The translations under genes and the position numbers were made by a program. Positions 23,803 to 36,279 of a stretch of 64,000 bases of DNA are shown in pieces. How positions within the stretch are numbered: the stretch's first letter is position 1; every line of letters starts with the position of its first letter. The stretch comes from Eremomyces bilateralis CBS 781.70. Its lineage: Eukaryota. The notes under the pieces are model-generated. The model ran no database searches. It was not told where the DNA came from and saw only the letters and a program-made list of their open reading frames with translations. The DNA lies in NCBI GenBank assembly GCA_010015585.1, contig ML975158.1. One strand, written 5' to 3'.

Positions 23803-25448
23803 TCCGATCCGATCCCAGGATCCTGCAGTCTTCAGTCTTCACCGATGTCTCGGCTTTTAGCGTGGATAATATGGAATGGGATGGTGGACGAGTGTCCGGG
23901 TAAAATGCGAGTGACGCAATTGGCCACCGGGGTTTCCGCATCCGGATATGGATACCACGATAAGGCAGCACTTTAACTTTCATGAAAAGCGAACGTCAAG
24001 AATGGAGCATGTTAATATTCGGCTGGGTTCCCTGCCTTGCCATAACGTGCCATAAGAGTGGCCCTGTGTCCTGACGACCCCTACCCGATATTGTCCGCCT
24101 CTACCTTGTCGACACTCGACAGGGCGATAGCTGTCGATCGCGGAACGGCACGCCTCTCCATTGCCTAGTCTACATGCGACTCCATCTTCATGATCTCCAT
24201 TCCCCATTGGTATTCAATCCCACCGATCCGGAACGTGCATCGTTCACCGATCCTGCATATCAGGCCTTCGACGACCCGACCCCGGGGAGTCGGGAGATCG
24301 CATCGACAGCAGCGATGCGCCGTCGACCCTCTGTCGATCTGTGATCCCGCCGTCGGGTATTCTCGTAGGCGTCGACTGTGGAGTGTGGAGATCAGAACCG
24401 GGGACACATGGTGCTGACTGCTGAGGCCTGACATGCGGTTCCTGTAGGAGTTCTACCCTTCTCTCGGGAGTACTCCCTTTACCCGGCCTCCTTCCCTTTG
24501 CGACTTGCGTGCTGAGGCTCACTATTAAGGAGGCACAGCTCACAAGTTTTACTCCGTATAGATCATGGGGTTCACATTGCAGACGCTCTAACCTGTTCTC
24601 TGGCTGAGAAGGTCAGTCGGTTCCTGCAACTTCGCCATCGGGCACATTGCCATCACGGACAAGAGATCTCGTCTATCCACGGTTCTTTCGTGGAAATGTA
24701 CCTGGAGTTCCGACTCGAGGAATCACAACCCTGGCTTCTCCCGTCATCTTATACCTGGTGGGATATACCGTATACGAGACCGAGATCCTTCGGTTACTGC
24801 TTCCCAAGTGTAACTCCAAGTCCTTTCCGTGATAGCCTCTCACTTCCCATTTCTCTCGATCCAACAGTATGTCAACTATTTTAGACCCGTGACCACAGCA
24901 ATTTCGAGGCGTTAACCGTCAGCTCTTGTTTATTGCCGGCGCTTCTGTCGCTCGTTTCAATGTTCTCTCGGGCGTTGTCCGACTGCAAAGCACTTTTGAG
25001 TATGGCTGCCAGTCATGGAGCTGGGAGATGAGATATCCCTCAAAGCCAGCAGTCTTGCCGTCTTGAACGTCCCATGGCCTCATGGCGTACTCCACAGTCG
25101 TCTGATTTCTTCATGTTCTCAAAACTCTCCGCCTTAAAATCTTTTTCAGGGAAATCCAGACTGCTCCAGTACCCACAAAAGTGGTCCGAATTAGGTAATT
25201 GTAGCCACCAGCATCGCATCCTCAGCGGCAAGCCGACCGATGTAACTGAGACTAGGGTGCTTAGCGCGAAGCCGATGCGACACCGTTCCTTTCGCTGCTC
25301 TTCGAACCGACAGCTCAACCACTTTACGCAAAGATCGCCATCGTCAACTTCGGTTCAACACCACGCGAGCTTTTCTCACTAAGCCTTGGACCTGAGCGGA
25401 GACTCCACGATAGGGCGTTTTTGCAATCTCCGCATGTTCATGTGATAT

Positions 25449-25498
25449 CCGGGGTACCCGCAAAGTTCATTCGCTATTAGGGAATCTGGGGACTGGGG
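25449..25498 (+). promoter_or_regulatory. Clustered CreA/Cre1-like SYGGRG sites upstream of the sugar transporter
   Basis: CCGGGG at 25449, tandem CTGGGG at 25486 and 25493. Confidence 0.45.
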
Positions 25499-25670
25499 AT
25501 GGAATTGTTGGAGGGAAAATATGGATATCATACCGCTACATTATTCCCTTGCCTGGGGGTGATGCGTGTATAACTACTCCATTCGCCCTTCTCACGATGA
25601 TTAAATTCTTCCTTACCCTCTCCCTTCTCCCTTCTGTGTCTCATCTCCTTTGCTTTCACTAATACTCATA

Positions 25671-27535
25671 ATGGGCGTCGAAGTCACAGAACCAACTAGC
25701 GCGCAGCTCCGTGCCGAGTTGGCGTACAAAAACCGATGGCGGACTCTTTGGAATAATCCGAAGATTATCTTCATTGCCTTTTTCGCTTCGTATGCATCCC
25801 GATTTCCCTTTGATTGTCCGTGTTGCTGACTCTCTTCCAGCTTTGGTGGTTTTGAATATGGCTACCAGCAGGGTGTCCTCGGCCAGTCTTTGGTCATGAC
25901 CAAGTTCGTGGACAATTTCCCGTCCATCGTGAATTCGCCCGGTGCAACAGGGTGGTTGACTTCTATCCTTCAACTGGGTGGTATTCTGGGTTCGCTTACC
26001 GCCGGTATCTTCGGCGAGGTTTTCTCACGGAAGTATACCATGTTCTCTGCCTGTTGCTGGGTGATCCTTGGTAGCTACCTGTATATTGGTGCTACTTACC
26101 ACAATCCGGCAATGCTTTACGCTGGTCGGTTCTTCACCGGTGTGGGTGTAGGAACCTTCAGTGGTGTTGGGTAAGCTGACTCAAGACGTGTACGATGTTC
26201 CTCGCTCATTATTGATAGGCCACTCTACAACGCTGAAATCGCTGCCCCCGAGCTTCGTGGTCTCCTGGTATCATTCTACCAGTTCGCCACGATCTTGGGT
26301 ATCATGTTGTCCTTCTGGATTGGCTATGGCGCCAACTACATTGGCGGCACCGGTGAAGGGCAGACAAACCTGGCGTGGATGCTCCCCTCCATCATCCAAG
26401 GTATTCCTGCCGTCCTCCTTGCGCTCGGTATATGGTGGCTTCCATTCTCCCCTCGTTGGCTGGTCAAACAAGGACGGGATGAGGAGGCGTTAAACACCAT
26501 CTCATACCTCCGCAAGCTTCCCATTGATGACGAGCTCGTCCAAATTGAGTTCAAGGAAATCAGAGCCGAGCGCATCTTCGAGCAGCGGAACTTCACTAAG
26601 AAGTTCCCTAGCCTGGCTGAGAAGGGTTCGAACGTCTTCGTCCGCGAGTTCGCTCAATATTGGGATATCGTCCGAACGTGGGACAACTTCAAGCGCGTGT
26701 CCACGGCGTGGCTGGTCATGTTCTTCCAGCAGTGGTCAGGAATCGACGCCATCATCTAGTGAGTCCTCATACAAATCACCTTTCTTGAATCAATCTAACC
26801 ATGATTCTAGCTACGCAGCTCAAGTCTTCCAAAGCCTCGGCTTGACTGGCGGGACCACGGCGCTGCTTGCCACCGGTGTGACCGGCGTCGTCTTCCTCGT
26901 CAGCACTCTGCCCGCAATGGTCATCATTGACAAAGTCGGACGAAAGCCCATGCTGCTCGTCGGTTCCGTGGTGATGCTGGTCTCCATGGTCCTTGCCGGA
27001 ATCATCGTCGCAAAGTGCCAACATGATTGGGTCGCCAACAAGGTCGCGGGTTGGGTCGCGGTGGCCTTCATTTGGGTTTATGTCGGTGCATTTGGTGCCA
27101 CTTGGGGACCTGTCTCTTGGACGTTGGTTTCGGAGATCTTCCCTCTGTCGATTCGATCGAAGGGTGCTTCCATCGGTGCCTCCAGCAACTGGGTGTGTAT
27201 CTCTTCTCTGATTCTCGTATCGCCTTACTAACTGAGGCCAGCTCAACAACTTTGCCGTCGCCTTCTACGTTCCCCCTATGTTCGAAACTTTGGAGTGGGG
27301 TACCTACATCTTCTTCGCCGGTTTCCTTGCTGCTGGTATCGCCTGGGTGTTCTTCTACCTTCCTGAAACTAAAGGTGCCACTCTCGAAGAGATGGACCGG
27401 GTATTTGGCAGCAAGGTTGGTGCGGAGGATGCAATTCTCCTTGCCGAAGCACGGCAAGAAGTTGGCTTGAACGCCTCCGTTGAGAACATTGCGATTGAAT
27501 CCATCAGCGAGAAGATGTCTGGAGGAAAAGTCTAG
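25671..27535 (+). CDS. MFS sugar porter (LAT-1/LatA-like pentose or polyol transporter), 5 exons
   Basis: FGGFEYGYQQGVLGQ, LYNAEIAAPELRG, LPFSPRWL, FFQQWSGIDAIIYY, WGPVSWTLVSEIFP, PETKG; four canonical introns. Confidence 0.9.
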
Positions 27536-28266
27536 CTTGTAACTATAGACAAATAATAATCAGTGAAGTCCTTCGGCATTGACCCGTTGAACTTAAAAGA
27601 TCATCAAAGATCATTTCAAATTGTCCTCACCTCATGCGTATATTGTGGTTTCTTCTAAATTAGCGGTGAAATAAGCCTATTCTAAATCCCGCTTTCTATA
27701 GGCACGAAATATCCATATACAATCCACTGCGATTGACCACAGTCCCCACCAGTCGCGAATTCAGCCTACAGATTAGGCTATCATGAAAGAAACACTGCTT
27801 CCGGCCTTCAGCCGCCCTGCAGGACTCGAAATCTCGAACGCCAAATTTCGTACGCGCAAGGGGGTAAATCCTTCAAAACCGCTAACCATTAGCCGCTACC
27901 CTCCCATAGAGGCCTGGACGGCCATCTAACGGGGCTCGCCTTCTGTCATCGGGAACTGGGGCTTCGCATCGGCGCATCCCGATCATTTCAACCAAAAAAT
28001 AATGGGAAATCCGGTTCAATGCCGGGTAGGGATGCCGAAATGCCTCTAGGTACCTTAGCGCTGCGTCGGCTGGGGATGGGGTCAGTGGATACCGATACGA
28101 CTAAGTCATCGGCCGGGGAAGAAATTTTCTTTTGTTGTGAACCTGAATGCTGGGAATAGGATTTTATGCCGACAGTTATATCCCGGTCTTTGCGTCAGGC
28201 TGCTTATGGCGATCCGCCACATGGATTTACCAGGGGACCGAATTTTCAGAGGTTGGGGAGGTGACA

Positions 28267-28527
28267 TGTGAGATAAATAGCGGTTTCGCTCATTCGGATA
28301 ATTAATGCAGCGACACGGTGGGAAAACCCCGTTAGATTCCAAAAGAGCGTAGATAGATTGAACTTGATCCTGAAGAGCCGGGTCCTACGAAAACAGGCTG
28401 TTCCTGCAGCTATTTTATATGGTTTACAATGGTGATCTATTCCTTAAAAGGGAAAGAATAGGAGTATAGAATCGAATACGGAATGAAGCCGTGGGGAAAC
28501 GCCAAGAAATACAGATATTCTGTGACA
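28267..28527. mobile_element. Solo LTR, copy 1 (261 bp)
   Basis: TGT...ACA termini; near-identical to 55914-56177. Confidence 0.8.
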
Positions 28528-29049
28528 TGAGTGGTGAGTACCAATATACTGGAGTGAGGATCGAATCCTGGCATCGATCTCGTGAAGACAGGTATGGTCG
28601 TCGTTGGCACGTTGCATGATCTGTAGTACAGTAAACTACGATTTCCAAAAGAGAGAAGCATAATTAGTCGGATCTAGATTGCGGGAGTATGGCCTGTGGA
28701 TACACGTCAAGTCATCAATAGAGGTTAATATTGTTCACATTTACGCGCTGCTAGTTTCCCAGACACTGCACCACACGGAGATCTTTACGGAAATAAGGCC
28801 GAAGTTATGGTCTATTATTTATTTCTTATGACCAACGGCTATCCATGGCATAGGTACATTCGGAGTATTGTGACATAAATCCTTGCTCCCAACAGGGTGC
28901 GGCCCACGTTCCCCAGTTTAGCTAACTGTTAATGCCGCTATCGCACCATGAGATGCGGAAAATTCCAACGGAAAAGACTATGTGGGAATGCGGGATGCGG
29001 ACGTGTTCCGTCAATCTGTGTGGTTGAATGCCCGAAACGGTCTTTAGCT

Positions 29050-30137
29050 TTATGCGAAGATCCTCAACGGCTTGTGGAGGTAGAACCCAGGGTCGTTGAA
29101 CCTCAAGCCCTTATCCAAGGCACTGATGGCCTCGAGCTCCTCCTTCGTCAGATCGAAGTCGGTCACCTCCAGATTCTGCTTCAGTCTGTTGACATTGTTG
29201 GACTTCGGGATCACGGCGATATTTCGCTGGGTGGCCCATCTCAACAAGACCTGCGCGGGAGACTTGCTAGTGCGCTGAGCGGCGTTCTTTACGACCTCGA
29301 CGTCGAAGAGGAGAGTTATATCCTTTGTTCGGCGGCGGAATGCCTCTGGGAGCTCCAGGAACGATTGTGGTCCGAAAGATGAGTAGCCGGTGACAGCGAT
29401 GTTGTTTTCCTGAGCCATGGCAATGAGCTCCGGCTGGGCGAGGTAGGGGTGATGTTCGATTTGGAGGGCGGAGATGGGGTGACGGGCATACGTCTGCAGG
29501 TCATAGAGAGTCTGCGCGTTGGCGTTGGAGATACCGATCGATTTGGCGATGCCGGAGTCGACAATCTCCTCGAGGGCCTCCCAGGTCTCGTGGAGAGGAA
29601 CATTCGCCTTCTCGATCAGCTTCTGCTCCTTGTCCATCCACCAACCCTGTGCATACGGCAGTGAGCTTCAAGGACTATGCTAATCAAGGAAGAGAAAACC
29701 TACGGGGAACTGGAGGGTCTCAGGCTCAATGTACTTCAGTGGAACCGGGAAGTGAATGAGGTACAAGTCAATGTATCCCAATCCCCATGCCTCGTTCTGC
29801 GACTTGGCCATTTTCAACGCATGGTTCTTCTCGTGGTAGTTGTTCCATAGCTTGGTCGTGACAAAAATCTCCTCTCGCTTCACGAGGCCCTCATCAATGG
29901 CCCTCTTGATGCCTTGACCAGCCTCCTTCTCGTTCGCATAGTCGTATGCTCCATCGAACAATCGGTAACCGGTTTTGATCGCCTGCTATACGTTAGATGT
30001 GATCCGATTCCAACTCTCTCGCCGGAACACACGTTGTAAACAGTCTCCGCTGCGGTATCAGCTGGGACTTTCCAGAGACCGAAACCCACGAGGGGCATTT
30101 TGTGGCCGGAGGCCAGTGTGACAAGATCTCCTGGCAT
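29050..30137 (-). CDS. NAD(P)H-dependent aldose (xylose/arabinose/galactose) reductase, aldo-keto reductase family, 3 exons
   Basis: [59 protein letters not shown]. Confidence 0.93.
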
Positions 30138-30556
30138 TTTGAAATAAATTGGCTTCAAACTTTGATGATGAAGTAAAACAAGATAGGTTCTAGACACAAA
30201 ATTTCGAGGTTTGAATTAATTTTTTGAAGTGCTCCTCAAGTCTGGCAGCTTGGGTATTATGAGATCATCTTTATTTTACTTCTTGACGACCCGATTGGGG
30301 GCGGCGGAAATATTACTGGAAGCGGTAAGGTGAAGCGCAACTTAGCCGTAAAGGTGGAGATACCGTGGTCGGTAGAATCATCTTTAGCCTAAACCACCGG
30401 GCCGAACGCCCAAGCCAAGGCCGTATCCACGCTAAGTTACAATTGTTCAGTGCAACCGCTCCTTGCCAAAATGCCGTTCAGAACTCGGGAAGCGAAATTG
30501 GTTATGGTCTAGGCTCTAAACGAAACTGGATTTTCATCTAAGAGGGCATACCTGCA

Positions 30557-31999
30557 TCACAGACTCACATCGACATCGTCGATAATCTGGACCTTAATAC
30601 CGCCTTTAGTGATGTCGGAGCAAAGCTGAAGTGCCTCAAGCCCGTTTTCGAGAGGGAATGTATGCGATATGAGTTTCTTCAGATCCAAGATGCCACTGCT
30701 CAGGCACGCGATGCCTGCGGGCCAGGTATCACGGTACCGGTTGATGAATTTGAGGTCGATCTATCATACGAACTTAGCCGCTGTCGAGTAGCGTCCGATT
30801 CGTGTGAATTGACTTACCTCGGCAAGTGATAGATGCATGAATGGGAGATTGTTCATGATTTCTCGTCCAACACCGATCACCATGACTGTCCCACCTCTTC
30901 TGACCGCAAACGCGGCGGTGCAAACGCTGCTTTCGACTCCGGTACACTCCAAAACCGTCTGTGGAGCAACATACTCAGTCTCGCCGTACAACTTTCGGAT
31001 CGCTTTGGCATTGCCTTCAGCGTCTAATGAGCGGTCAATTTGATAGGTGGTGCAGGAGGGAACGAATTCTTTGGCAAAGGCAAGTCGTCCTGGATCCAGA
31101 TCGGTGATAACGATAGGATGAGCACCTGATGCTCGTGCTGCTGCCACCGCAATGAGCCCGATGGGACCAGCACCGCAGACGAGAGCCGGATGACCAAGAC
31201 TCAGTCTGGCTCGGTCGATGCCATGCATGACAACTGAAAGAGGCTCAACTAGGGCGCCTTCGGCGAATGAAACATTGTCGGGGAGCCTGGATTCTATGTC
31301 AGCGCGGTCCAAAAATGTCGATGCTGTAGTTTGGGTATATCTCCGGTCTCTCACGGTCGATGGGTGCCTCACTTGTGTAACCACTTCGCAGGATGGACCT
31401 TATATCTCTGAAGACTGCCATGGTAAGGATAGACGCCAGCAAATTTCACGTCTCCGCAAAGGTTATATCGGCCGTCCATACAGAGGAAGCATGTTCCACA
31501 AGGCACGCCCGGCTCCATCGCCACTCTGTCGCCTGAACAATGTTAGCCATATATCTACCCTGGAAATCATAGCGGTCCTTACCAGGCTTCAAGTCAGTGA
31601 CCCCCTCTCCGCATTTCAAAACGATGCCGGCAGCTTCATGGCCTAAGATGCAGTCGCCTTCAACAACAAGCGATCCAATCCGCCCGGTTTTCCAGAAATG
31701 GATGTCTGACCTGTATCAAACATCGATATGAGCGTTTGCCCACGAATAGAACCATGCAACAGCGCCGCATTCTGGACTCACCCGCAAACCCCAGTCGCCT
31801 TGATATGTAGAAGGACTTCCCCTCGTCCGGGAGCGTAAACTGGAGCGTTGACTTGCTTGATCTGATGATCTGCGGTAACTTGTATCGACGGATTCGAAAG
31901 GGTGGTCGTAAGAGTTGTAGGCGGAACGGACTTTGCTGGAAGGATGGGAGTAAACTGCAAGTGGTCTCTCGTTCTGTTTTCCAGCACTGCAGGTGCCAT
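30557..31999 (-). CDS. Zn-dependent polyol dehydrogenase, LadB/LadC-type (galactitol or L-arabinitol dehydrogenase), multi-exon
   Basis: NPSIQVTADHQIK, ATGVCG|SDIHFWKTGRIG, GHEAAG, structural Zn cysteines, GAGPIG, LPFMHLSLAE, FINRYRDTWP. Confidence 0.88.
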
Positions 32000-32962
32000 T
32001 GTGCTAACTTTCTCGACTGGTGAAGTTCCAGATGGATAATCCCGGGAATTTTGACAATATGTCATATATCGATGAAGCCGAACTCAAAGAGAATATAGAG
32101 CACCTTCTGCCCTGCGGCTCTCCTTGCGCCGAAGGTGTCGCAAATTGTTCGTACACAGTAGACAGTCCAGACCCTGAGAAGCGCTTACCATTACGCTTTT
32201 AGGGCTAGTTGAGGAATGAGAAGTTTCCTGGGGGCGACTGCCAATAGTTATAATTTCTCCGAGGGTACTAGTCGGTCCTGTTACCGGTAGAGTTTATGAG
32301 GAGCCTATTATTATTAATTATTGTAGTACCGCATCGTGGTTCCAGAGTTCAGAGCTCCTCCCCCCCTGGTGGACATCTTCAGGCCTCGAAACTTCAAACC
32401 CATAATACCTAAGCAAGGAATGATGGCTGTGATTAATTCTTGGGTCGCAGATGATAGTTTTATCGTAGCAGAACATGTTTGCAACCCTGGGAAGTAGAGC
32501 CTCAGGACCTAGAACCCATTGTCCCTCACAGTGCTTGATCAGCACTTTGAATTGCTCAGTCATTGTCAGAAGATCACCACAATCAATCATGCTAGTGGTG
32601 TACTGTAATAAAACTCTACCTGGCATAACGATCAAATTTATGAGGCATTAAGGAATAAGTTGAGATGTTTGATAAATAAACCGAAGGGTTCGAAGAGATA
32701 TTACGTTTGCGACACGGAATCCTTCAGGTTGAAGGCAGGGCCAGTCGGTCATGACCAGCTAATCCTAAAAAGCCCAGTGGTTGTTTGTCTGCCCCCCAAG
32801 CTCCAAAGTACTATTATTCCTTTGGGGTCAGATCTCTTTTGCTTCTTAACACCAACGATGACCGAGTAACTCCTAGGTGCATATCTTAACGTATCTCAAT
32901 TAAATAAATAAAAATTCTACAAAATATAACATTCTGTAACAATGCAAAAAGATATTATAATT

Positions 32963-33045
32963 GGGCCCAACCGCGAATTGAACGCGGGACCTCCTGCAAT
33001 TAAGCTAAGCCCAAAGCAGGAATCATACGACTAGACCATTAGGCC
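32963..33045 (-). tRNA. tRNA-Pro(UGG) with canonical 11-nt intron
   Basis: Minus strand reads GGCCTAA TG GTCTAGTCGTATGATT CCTGC TT-TGG-G [intron] T GCAGG AGGTC CCGCG TTCAATT CGCGG TTGGGCC C. Confidence 0.92.
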
Positions 33046-33189
33046 AATTTTTATATAAATAATACCTCTATTTGGTATATTAAGTTTGTTTGAAATAAGC
33101 TGAGGTTATGGTTAGAAATTGACCAGGTTGTCGGAGAGTTGTAGAGTGTGCTTTGTCGTTGGACAAGGAATTTGAGCAGCTGTATAAAA

Positions 33190-35097
33190 ATGCAGAGCTG
33201 TGTGCGATGCGAATATCGCATTAACTATGTTGTACGACTTGAAGCTCGAATTCCAAGCCAATCGGAAGTCTGGTTGGGGAAACACCACGAATGCGGCCGC
33301 TCTTTCTTTGCCGCTGGGGAACGTGGCTGTCGGATTTGCGACATCTTTATGAGGTACCACTTACGTACTTATGGCAGTTTAGACGAAAATTTCAGAAGCA
33401 GCGCGTTATTGGTACTTATATCTCAATCTAGAACGCTGGCGGCATTCATCGTCCTTACGGTGGAGCACTGAGAGAAGCATTGGCAGCCAATTTCGCACTA
33501 CACGCAGCTTCGACTTAATGTTTTCCTAGAAGATGATCCAAGCTATCATCGCTCACTAGAGACTTGTCGCAGCTCGCCATTAAGCGAATCCATGGATGAT
33601 CCGGCTGTGTTCAAATTGGCAGCTCAATGGCTTTCAAATTGCACCACCGAATCATTAGGCCACGATAATTGCAATCGATCAACAACACCAGGGTTTCGCC
33701 CGCGCCGACTTCTTGATATCCGTGGAGAAACATTTTGTTTGTCTCTCGATGCTCTTGGAACAACCCAGGAACCCTATTGTGCTCTATCGTACTGTTGGGG
33801 TGAGGGACCAACGCAACTTATCCTGACTACATCGAATGAGGAAGAGTTTCGCAGAAATATTGCCTTTCCCTCGCTTTCCAAAACAATTCAAGATGCCATT
33901 TATGTTGCGAAAAGACTAAGAATTAATTATATCTGGGTTGACAGCCTTTGTATCATCCAAAAGGGCGACGGAGGGCAAGATTGGATTGAACACTCGAGCA
34001 CAATGAGCAATATATACTCGAACTGCATCCTCAATTTATCAGCTGATCGGGCGAGATCAACCGCCGAGGGGTTTTTGGGCCCACGAAACTGGCCTCCTAT
34101 CCGACCTATCTTCAGGAGCAGCGAAGCTGAGAAAATTCTTTCAACACCTTCAAAGAAATACGTATTAATTACTTTCAGCAATGTTGCGGATTTTGCCCTT
34201 GCATCCGAACCTCTTGGCTCTCGGGGATGGGTCCTCTCCGAACGCATTCTCTCCCCAAGAACACTTCATTTTTGCGCTGGTGAGATATTTTGGGAATATG
34301 CTGGATGTCCAATTGCCAGCGAGTCATGTCCGGCTGGCTTTGTAACCGCTCAGAAGAACTACATCTATACCGATTATTGGCTTACGAAATCGGACAGTGA
34401 ACGCGGCCGGATACGAGACTGGATTGATATCTTGAACAATTATTCGCTCCTCTCGCACTCCAATCCTATGGCGGACAAGTTGGTTGCTCTGGCTGGAGTA
34501 GCCCGATTCTACGAAGAGACAACCGGGAACAATCTTGTCGCGGGCATCTTGAAATCTGCCCTACCAAAGTCCCTTCTCTGGGAACGAGATAAGGCGGCTT
34601 CAGCTGAAGTGACACGATCATCAACATATCGCGCCCCATCTTGGAGCTGGGCAAGTATGGACGGCCCGCTGAACTTTTATCAGAGTCAAGACCCGCATGG
34701 ATTGCCAATGGACGTTGCCAAAGCTTTAGACATTTAGGTGAAACCCGTCGATGGCTACAACCACCTTGGTCAGCTTGAAGATGGAGCTATCACAATCTGC
34801 GGACCATCAAGTTTGGTGAAAGACTTGAGTCACCTGGACCCCCATCTTCTCTGGGATAGGCAAAATAGTGAAGAACTAAATGACGCAGTTCTTGCTCTCT
34901 TTTTGACCGTCTCTAGCTTTAAGAGTTTCGACTTAGCTTATGCCATCATACTCGACCCAGTCAAGAACGAAGAAGTGTGGAAAAGACTGGGAGTATTGAC
35001 TTTGCAATTCAAGTATGGGAGATCTGTGGCCTCTAATGCTTCAAATTGCCGGGAATTCTTAGAAAGGAGAACATCGAAAATGGTCACTATCGTGTGA
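33190..35097 (+). pseudogene. HET-domain protein gene with in-frame stops (TGA 33469, TAG 34735)
   Basis: YCALSYCWG, YIWVDSLCIIQ, MSNIYSN, RGWVLSERILSPR, YRAPSWSWAS; ORFs 33148-33471, 33592-34737 and 34738-35097 share one frame. Confidence 0.75.
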
Positions 35098-35346
35098 TTG
35101 CTTCGAATATCTTGCAGGCTTATGGTCATGGAACAGGGCAGCAATAATATCGTTGCCGATTACCCCTGCGCTAAACCAAATTAAGACTGCTCAGTCCTTT
35201 CCTATGTATGCATCGTTAACTGTTTTGCTAGTTAGATCTTTCATCTCGACAGTGGGAATTGCCAATAATTGATAGCCTGCGTTGTGTCACTGTAGTAGCT
35301 GAGCTTATGCAGCGAACTTGCATAATCATCACTCAGAAGTCCCGCA

Positions 35347-35426
35347 CGGTGGGCAGTCCGCATGGTAGGCAGTTTGGACGGTATGCAGTTTGGACGGTAT
35401 GCAGTTTGGACGGTAGGCAGTCCGCA
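35347..35426. repeat. Minisatellite of five 16-bp units
   Basis: CGGTGGGCAGTCCGCA TGGTAGGCAGTTTGGA CGGTATGCAGTTTGGA CGGTATGCAGTTTGGA CGGTAGGCAGTCCGCA. Confidence 0.9.
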
Positions 35427-36279
35427 GGGACTCTCAGGTGTCCGAAAATAGATACGCTGACGTTACAAAGACGGAAATAGTAGAAGATGATCATGCCTGG
35501 AGGAACGTAGTGCCTTGAGGAACGAAGAGACTCAAGGTTTATGCCGCCGTCCGTTCCCAATTCGAAATCGCCAACTCGAGCTTCGTTCCTCAAGGCTCTT
35601 TTTGGGCGAACCGCTTGCCGGTTCGCGTCTCCTGTCTTGCCTTAATTAACCGGTGTTTCAGGCCTAGGTAGGGGAGGATGTTAGACCAAGGCCGGGAGAA
35701 CATCAGAGGGTATGAGGCACGTGATTGATACTCTGTATATAATACTCTCTTTTGTGACGCATGCGACTTTCGAAGATCGTAATATCGATAGCTGTGGGTG
35801 AGGTTCATTGTTCTGTTTACTAAGCTGATATTCTGTTGCGCTCTTCGTAGTGCCCACCTATTTGGTCCAGTTTTGGGTTGAACCGTGTTGCTCATCGATC
35901 GCATTATTGCACAATATTTCCTAAACAATAATATTGAATACTTCTCTATGAAGGACGGATAATTTATTGGGATTTTATTGTTATGAAATCTACCCCCAGA
36001 GCGCTAAACTGACCATCTCGAAGGGAAGAAATTGATGATCCTGGCTCCTGAAGCATTCTCCCCGAGCGTTGATAACTCTCAATCGTTGTCTGCTTTCGCC
36101 TCCTGTTACCTGTCTAAATATATCGAGTTCCTCCTTTATATTCCCTTTAATTTGGGAGGCCAATACGATTCTCTGTTTTCGTATGCTGGAGATTGACGTC
36201 GAAGGTGAAGGGCAATCAATTTCTTCCACCCTGGATGGACTAGACTCCGTCAACTTTCCTCGTTTGATGCTAGACAACA

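Noticed and set aside
24100..24900. Telomerase RNA or snRNA
   Set aside because: No TAACCCTAA template and no U1, U2, U3 or MRP signature found
35347..35426. CRISPR-like array
   Set aside because: Contiguous tandem units with no spacers, in a eukaryotic genome
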